The notes beneath the pieces are model-generated. The model worked only from the letters and a program-made list of their open reading frames with translations. It had not been told where the DNA came from and searched no databases. A stretch of 64,000 nucleotides of DNA from Octopus vulgaris (taxonomy: Eukaryota): positions 54,622,001 through 54,686,000 of the forward strand of contig OX597817.1 in assembly GCA_951406725.2 (NCBI GenBank). Direction: 5' to 3'. The stretch's first letter is position 1. Each line of letters opens with the position of its first letter. Shown one piece after another: positions 55,486 through 64,000 of this stretch. A program made the position numbers and the translations under genes.

Positions 55486-55852
55486 GCGGAGGCGTAATGG
55501 CTCAGTGGTTAGGGCAGTGGACACGCGGTCGTAGGATCGTGGTTTCGATTCTGAGACCGGACGCTGTGTGTGTTTATTGAGCGAAAACACCTAAAGCTCC
55601 AAGAGGTGGTGGTGAAGCCTGCTGTACTCTTTCACCACAACTTTCTCTCACTCTTTCTTCCTGTTTCTGTTGTAAATGTATTTCAAAGGGGCCAGCCTTG
55701 TAACACTCTGTGTCTCACTGAATCTCTCCGTTAAGGGTACAGATGTCTGTGGAGTGTTGCTCAGCCACTTGCACGTTAATTTCACGTGCAAGCTGTTCCG
55801 TTGTTCCGGTTCAACTGGAACCCTCGTCGTCACAACCGACGGAGTGCCACAC
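55486..55852 (+). mobile_element. Full-length SINE family D with TSD
   Basis: TSD aatacatttat at 55475-55485 and 55853-55863; A and B boxes present. Confidence 0.9.
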
Positions 55853-56802
55853 AATACATTTATAGATTTACTGAGTGAGGTTAACATTTAAGATTTCAAT
55901 GTTTTCTTTCAAAGTATTCTAGTATCACTTGTTGGTAATTAGTGTCTGAGAATTAGAGACGACCGGAAAAAAACAGGTGTTTTAATTAATGTGCGTGTGT
56001 GTGTGTATGGTGTGTGGACGAGAGCCGTAGAGTGTCTGGTCTATTGTGTTTCCAGATATTAATGGTCATTTATAAATACAAATATAAAAATATTCACTCA
56101 GACATAAATACATTCGTACACATACACACAAACACACCTACATACAGATAAACACATGTATACACACATTGACACAGTAACAGTTGACCATATATGGGCT
56201 AAAGATTTTTCTGAGATCATGAAGTCAGGTTCTTGTAAACAACACAGCTGCACAAGCAGAAGAAGCACATACAGACAGACACACATATAGTGAGAATCAC
56301 ACACGCATGCGTAAGGTGGCTCGTATGAATCAGAGTAGCTTAATGTTTATCTCAACGAGTATTTAGAAAAATACACACACACACATACTTACACATACAT
56401 AAAGATATGAATATATCATATACACACACACGCACATGCAGACACGAGATACACAAATACTAATACACACAAACACACACAAGCGAGTGCAAACACAATC
56501 TCACACACTTAAACTTATGCTCGTACACCATTTAATAATTTACACAACGCTCTATCATTGAGCACGGAGAGACGTGTGGATCAGTGGTTGAGTGGTTAGA
56601 TTGTTGCACTCACAACCAGAAAATTGTGATTTCGATTCTTGGACCAGAGATGCCTCGATTCCCCGTTGTCCCAGTCCTCTTAATTGGCAGAAATGAAGGA
56701 TCCAGCGACGGACCGGACAGGCGTCTCGTCCAGAATCCGAAAACACTTTTTTTATATTATTTTCCCCACCAATGGTTCGGGAAGAATCGTTGATCTCAAA
56801 CA

Positions 56803-57088
56803 TTTACTTGTTTCAGGCTGCGGCAATGCTGGGGCACCGCCTTGAAGAACGTTTAGTCGAATGAATCGACTCCAGTACTTGTTTACTTTTTAAAGCTTGG
56901 GACTTATTCTATCGGTCTCTTTGGCCGAACCGCTAAGTTACGGGGATGGAAATCTGCCAACACCGGGTGTCAAGCGATGGTGGGGGACAAACACAAGTAC
57001 ACACGTAAGTATGTATGTGCTTATTACTAATAAGCTAACCTTTTTAATTTGTTATATGTATATGCATATGTATATATATATATACGTA

Positions 57089-57130
<42 letters not shown>

Positions 57131-57535
57131 TATATTCATAAATATATATACACACACAATGCAAATGATTAGAAAATGGAGAAAATCATAGATTAACCAG
57201 TACATCTATAGGACTACATTTAAAGCTTGTTTAGTGACACAAAGCAAGACATAAAAAAGCTAAAAGCTGTTTCTGACCAGATTCCCAGAATGCAGTATAT
57301 ACATAAATGCGAGAATAAAATTCTTCATCTTCATAGGGCATTCGATCTTCATCAGAGTAAAAAAACAAGAGCATACAATGCGATGGGTATTTTTCAATTT
57401 TCGTCTTCCAAGTCAATTCCCAAGACTTTGGTCGGCCCGTAACTCTAGTAAAATATACTGGCCCACATTGCGACTGAATCTGGAATTTAAAAGGTCAACC
57501 ATTTGGTTAGGAAGCAAACTTCTTACCACACAGAC
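56803..57535 (-). mobile_element. SINE family A interrupted in its central TA tract
   Basis: Tail half 56803-57000; degenerate head half about 57385-57535. Confidence 0.65.
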
Positions 57536-57893
57536 GTGATACAAGTAAGGTTGAATTTGCTGCTGTCATATTCCTGAACATAAGGTGTTTAATTAATGCA
57601 TCCCCGGATATTACATCATTGTGGGTTTAATTACATCTTGTGTGGTTTAATTGTTAAACTATGGAATTATGAAAATTTAAAAGGTCAAGCATCTCTGACC
57701 TCTGTTTTTTTTAGCGGAATATGGGCTGATGCAAACTTTCGAACCAGGCTACCAACTGGGAGTTACCACAACCTCACGATCAAGCAACTAAAATACCAGT
57801 CATTCTCTGGGATTGATACAATCTACTGCTCCAGAATCGACTTACTTCTAATTTCTGGATCTTTCCCTACGTTAGATTCGATTATTGTTGCGT

Positions 57894-58209
57894 CAGTGCC
57901 GAGTTTCTCAACCATTTTTGCCTATGGAACGCCTTGATTCCTATTTCACTGGTATGAACCCTCAAAGCCATTCAATGTTTGAAAAATCATATTAAATATT
58001 TACAATTAAATATTATTAGAAATTGTGTTAAATAAAAATCGTTAGAATATTTTGTGTATTGTCGAAATACACCTAAAACTATTGCATCAGTTTTAACTAC
58101 AAGGTGTTATATGGAACCCGAAGAGCCACTTGGAGCCCAAGGGCCATAGGGATACCCAAACGCCGTAAGGATAGCCAAACGCCATATGGACTCCGGCTGC
58201 AGACCACTG
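57894..58209. mobile_element. Possible hAT-type MITE
   Basis: Degenerate ends cagtg..tttctcaacc / ggctgcagaccactg. Confidence 0.4.
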
Positions 58210-58341
58210 TTAGAGTGCTATTGTTATTGTGGCTACGAAAGCTGTATTGTATATTGTTGTTGTTTTTATTTCTATTTTCTTTGCTGTTATTGTTTATTGT
58301 TATTGTTGTTGCTAATTGATGCTAATTAGATACTATTGTTG

Positions 58342-58770
58342 TTTAGCCCCAGATTAGTCATTATTGAAAAACACATTAAGCATATGCGTTCCAATCAAGA
58401 CCATCTCTTTTAAACAGTATATCTAGGACATTATCTCACATCTCCATATATCATTCCTTAATGAAAAGAGAGCTACATTGAAGAAGGTTTCCCTGCTATT
58501 TCTAACCGACCGGAGGACCTGCTTAGTGCTGCATTTCTGAGTCCTTCAGCTTTTGCTCTCGTTAGCCCCAGAGTAATCATTATTGGAAAGCACATTAAAT
58601 ACATGCGATCCAATCAAGACCATCACTTTTACACAGCATATCTAGGACATCATTATTTGATATCTCCATATATATGATTCCTCGGTAAAAAGAGAGCTAC
58701 CTGCTATTTCTAAACGACCGGACAACCAGCTAAGTGCTGCTTCTCTGAGACTTTGGGCTTTTGCTCTCGT
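58342..58770. repeat. Tandem duplication of about 215 bp
   Basis: ttagccccaga..caatcaagaccatc..cttttgctctcgtt at 58343-58563 and 58562-58771. Confidence 0.88.
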
Positions 58771-59205
58771 TGTTGTTATTCTTCATGTTTGATATAATTG
58801 TGTTCTTCTTATTATTGTCTCTCCTTATATTCATATATTTGCTTTTGTTGTTGTTATTATAAATAATGATTTCGTTATTCGTTTCTGTTGTTCTTCTTGT
58901 TATTGTTGTTGCTTGTGAAGTTAATGATACCTACTCATGCAATACACACAGAGTTTTACGATTAATAACAAACGCAACACAACAAGAGAATAGCAACAAC
59001 ACAACAACAATAACAACATCAAACACACGAACCATTAACAAATGCACTAAATGTATAAATATAATTTAAATATAGCGAAGAATAGGACGGCAAAACAAAA
59101 TGTCGTGAACGGAACGAATTGAGTTAAACAAATTATGATTTAATGTTTGTAGTGGATAATTGCTGTGCAAAAGACACTATTTAATACATACACATATACA
59201 CACAC

Positions 59206-59266
<61 letters not shown>

Positions 59267-59323
59267 TATATATATATATATATATGTATATATATAGGTA
59301 TATATATGTATATATATATTAAT

Positions 59324-59373
<50 letters not shown>

Positions 59374-59656
59374 ACGAATATACATATACACGTTTTACAC
59401 TGATATACTCATATATCTGTGTATATACATACATATATACATATGTACATATGTGTGTATCTGTAGTGGTGCTGTGTGCGTGTATATAATGTATGTTTGT
59501 ATGTATAAGTATTTACACACAGATATAATGTCTATATATATGCACATATGTGTATGTATATTCATTCATATACACAAATGCTTATAGTCTCTATCTATTT
59601 ATTTATCTCCTAGTCTCTCCCTCATTGTCGCTCTTCTTCTGTCACCGACTCTCTCT

Positions 59657-59704
<48 letters not shown>

Positions 59705-59750
59705 ATATATATATATATATATATATATCTGTATATATAAATATATATAT

Positions 59751-59799
<49 letters not shown>

Positions 59800-60505
59800 T
59801 ATATATATGCACGCATACACACACACACACACATATATACATAAACATATACATACACAGAAGTACAGAATTACACACACATACTCACACACACATAGAC
59901 ATGCTCAATTACAAACATTTGCGTACAACTTGTATATATTATATATATGTATATATATATATATGTATGTGTATTCGTGTATTTGAGTGTGTGTATGTGT
60001 GTTTATTTGTGTGCGTGTATGTGCGCGTGGGTGTTTGTGTGTCGCTGTTTGCGTGAGTATGCATGTACACATATATCTCCGTAATACGTATGTCTGTGTG
60101 TCTCTATACGCTGTTATATTTGTAACGTATGTTGAGACGAAATGTAGTGCCAACCAGTAAACAATAAACAATATATATTTGAAATTATAAAATAATTAGA
60201 TTTTCATATTTATAAAAATCTGTTCAATATGATTGATGTAAATCGATACCACACTGCACCACCCCACCCCCACCCCCACCAACACCACCGCCTCCACCAC
60301 CATAAACAACAAGAAAAACAACAACAACGAAACCACCACTTCCACCACCCTGTGACCTACATGCGTTTTCAATATACAAACCGCCATCAGTTCTCCTATC
60401 GTTATTTTCCTCCTATATAGATTTAAATAAAAATATGTTACGCACAACACCAGACATAGATGCAGACAATATGATACATGTATATGTATATTCACAAGCT
60501 ATAAC

Positions 60506-60541
<36 letters not shown>

Positions 60542-61029
60542 ATTTATATACACTTATGTATATTTTTATGTATACACATAAATTTACAAATATATTTACA
60601 CATTATTATAAACATGTATATGTATGTATTCTTGACTTCAGATTTCTATGTATGTATGTATGTGCATACGTATGTGTGTATGTGTATAAAACATTTCTAT
60701 GGAATTGGCTGAAGAAGCATTTATAAAGTTACAACACAATGTAAATATTGGGTCTTATAAAAACAAAAATATACATGCACACATCAATGTATGTATATAT
60801 ATATATGTATATATATATATATGTATATGTATATATATATGTTTAGAGAAATAGAGAAATATGTGGATAGATAGATATTTAGATAAATATATTTTGAAAT
60901 AATTGATGAAGGTACAGATTATACTGTAAGCTTTAGTTAGCACGACGATCGGTTCGGATGCAATGAACGATGCACCCTAGTTTAGAATGGAATGTACCCC
61001 ATAATGCAGAAGAAACCTAAACATGTCAC

Positions 61030-61111
<82 letters not shown>

Positions 61112-61148
61112 TGTGTGTATATGATAATAATAATAATAATAATAATAA

Positions 61149-61982
61149 CACAGCAGCTCAAGATCAATGCCTTCCAACAAGGAACTACCAGGCCAACATA
61201 TTAAAGAACGGCAGTAGCCCAACTTGTCGTGTATGTCAACATCAAAATGAAACCATTGATCATGTTGTCTCCAAGTGCAGTCTTCTAGCGCCTACAGAGT
61301 ATCTCAACAGGCATGTTAGAGCTGCACAATATATTCCCTGGGTAATCTGCAAAAACTTGGATTTTGCCCCATGAAAAAAATAGGTGGGAACACAAACCAA
61401 ATCCAGTGCTTGAAAATGACCACATCTCACTCCTCTGGAACTTCTCCATTCAAACTTTCAGAAAGATAGATGCAAATAGGCCAGACATCATATTGAAAGA
61501 CTTCACGCAAAGAACATGCCTCCTCATTGATATGACTGTCCCAATCGATATAAACGTATCTGTCAAGACCTAGCAAAAACTGAGCAAATATACAGATCTT
61601 GAAATAGAAATCAGCAAAATGTGGAACCTGAAGACAAAAACAATACCTGTTGTCATAGGTGCCCTGGGAATGATATCAAAAAGGGCTGATCGCTCCCAAC
61701 TCAGATACCAGGAAACTCAAAAATGGTAGAAATTCAAAAGATAGTGCCCATGGGAACTGCTCATATCCTACGCAAAATACTTTCTATGTAATCTCAAGTT
61801 TTAAAACAAACATAATTTTTTTTTTTTTTTTTAGACATTCACTAGTACAACACTAAATACAAAACCAAATATATGGCACACTAGGCATAACAATATCACG
61901 AACTTCCAACATGTTGTCTCTTGAGGCCTCTGGGTGAGACTTGGAGCCAACTTGTACAAATATAAAGCAAAAGTCAAACATA

Positions 61983-61983
<1 letters not shown>
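61149..61983 (+). pseudogene. R4/Dong-type zinc knuckle + RLE 3' end (family c)
   Basis: AAQDQCLPTRNY, CRVCQHQNETIDHVVSKC, RPDIILKD, LLIDMTVP, KLSKYTDL, PVVIGALG; (AAT)n on both sides. Confidence 0.92.
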
Positions 61984-62064
<81 letters not shown>

Positions 62065-62098
62065 AATTAATAATAATAATAATAATATTAATAATGAT

Positions 62099-62231
<133 letters not shown>

Positions 62232-62452
62232 GTATTGATAGAGCATTGTCGTTCTAACGTATTGAGAAGAGCATTGTCGCTGTGAGAAATATTACTACCC
62301 ATGTATTTTAATTTAACTTAAAAAAAAAAATGAACGAACTATTGAGTTTAGTTTAATGGCCTACCAATGTATACTATGAGTTTCTTTGCCCTAGGAGTCG
62401 GGAAGACACTCGGTAAGAAATGGAAGCAAATTTGAAAGAAGAAGAAAAAAAA

Positions 62453-62485
<33 letters not shown>

Positions 62486-62725
62486 GAAAGTGAAAAGCAA
62501 AGAATGACATCGATATTAGGTAAATAAATGAATGGTTATATATATATATATATAATTTAGGACAATTCAATAAGTTGTCATTATGATACTGGGAGCTTCG
62601 AATGTCAGAGCGAAGAGCTACGATGCTTTCTCGTCGTTCCTGTCGAATTTGATCCCTAATTTTGTGGTCATAGAACCTAGCTGTTCTTTCTAGCGTGTTG
62701 AATCCCATGAGTGGATTCCTTATGT

Positions 62726-62811
<86 letters not shown>

Positions 62812-62814
62812 GTA

Positions 62815-62870
<56 letters not shown>

Positions 62871-63559
62871 AATGCAACAATAAAAAAAATGCTGACAAGG
62901 ATTGGTGGAGCAAAATGGGTAAGTGCGTAAAAGTGCGTAATTTCTAATATTTCGTTATTTTATCCCTATCAGAATCCACAACATTGCAATATTGTATCTT
63001 TATTTCCCACTGTTGCATCATACTCGCGGGTATAAATTGCCCAGCGTAGTTGCTTCTGTTGAAGCTGAGAGAGTTTGAAACATAATCAGGTGACAATTAC
63101 ATAGTTTTTCAATAAATTGTTCCCCAGCATTGGCCTAATTATAATTGAATGTTACTATTAAAAACCCTTATCAGTATTCGGTGTTTAAGAATCAAATTTA
63201 TTTTCTCTAATGAATTTTAATCACTTTTTCCCCGCATTAATATCTATTTTGACCATTTTTAATTTTCAAAAAAAGATGTCTAAAGCGGGGCAAAATCAGT
63301 AATAACAAATTTCAATAATTCCTTTTTCTTTAGCTGCATTGTACAAAATATATCAGGAAGCGAGTCACTCCAGCAGATCGTGAAGAAGCTATGGACATAT
63401 TTTATGTTGAGGTTTTAGATTTAGTCGGGTTTCGTTAATTTTATATCATGTACCGTTTTATCCTCGTCCTCTTTCAGTTGATAGAGATATCATAAGTTTT
63501 AGTTATATTTCTGATCTTTCTGATGTCTAAGGACGGATATTGATGTGTTTGAGTCTGTT

Positions 63560-63773
63560 TTCAAATGTAATGCTAGAGAACTGAAGAGGGTCGTGAGTAC
63601 CACTGGCGATTTTCTTCCCTCTCTCTTCCCTTCTCGGGATCTTTCCCTCTCCTATGTTTCCGACGAAGAGCTCCGCTCGAAACGTTAAACCCTCCTTCTT
63701 TCCTGAGCGTCCAATAATACTTTATTTGTTCCACGTCCTTGCGTTGTTGTGTTGTTTTGTTTTCTTGTTTGGA

Positions 63774-63780
<7 letters not shown>
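63560..63780 (+). mobile_element. TA-tailed PLE-like element with variant HHR (63656-63690)
   Basis: gttt-CCGACGA-a-gagc(tcc)gctc-GAAAC-GTT-aaac; downstream ttcctgagcg..taatac is shared with the 13.5-kb and 14.3-kb elements. Confidence 0.6.
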
Positions 63781-63836
<56 letters not shown>

Positions 63837-63837
<1 letters not shown>

Positions 63838-64000
63838 TAGCAGTATCGCCCGGCGTTGCTCGGGTTTGTAAGGGAAAGAACTATATAAGCATTTTTAGAG
63901 AGTTATAGCCAAAAAATAGCAAAAAATGCATTAAAAATGGAAAAAAAATTATGGTAAATTGTTTTTTTAATCGTTGACTCATCGTAGACATTTTTAGAGA
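63837..64000 (-). mobile_element. Helitron 3' end (same family as 50638-50944), cut by the window edge
   Basis: ctagcagtatcgcccggcgttgctcggg is the reverse complement of 50917-50944. Confidence 0.88.

Noticed and set aside
57225-57360. Minus-strand CTGATGA with a distant AAACAAGCTT
   Set aside because: GAAA is absent and the stems are not recoverable; the similar candidate near 60905-61035 is equally weak.

Overview
AT-rich, gene-poor eukaryotic DNA, most likely intronic or intergenic sequence from a cephalopod. Octopus is inferred from the repeat repertoire, not from a search. No host protein-coding exon could be supported; almost all listed ORFs are microsatellite translations. Components: very long (TA)n, (AAT)n, (CA)n and (CTT)n tracts; several tRNA-derived SINE families; R4/Dong-type non-LTR retrotransposon remnants (RT and restriction-like endonuclease) abutting (AAT)n with a fixed strand polarity; RTE and CR1/L2 LINE scraps; mariner/Tc1 MITEs; Helitrons; and two Penelope-like (PLE) GIY-YIG remnants. 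The most notable signal is about 15 type I hammerhead ribozyme (HHR) motifs, intact to degenerate, in short non-coding elements that are often palindromic and TA-flanked. One TSD-bounded element (38197-38678) joins a tRNA-derived Pol III head to an HHR-containing PLE-type tail and is preceded by an inverted, 3'-truncated copy of that tail. It is a candidate SINE mobilised by a Penelope-like retroelement. Three related elements carry non-canonical HHR cores (CUGUUGA, CUGUGAA, CCGACGA). All structures were read by eye; no alignment or folding software was run.
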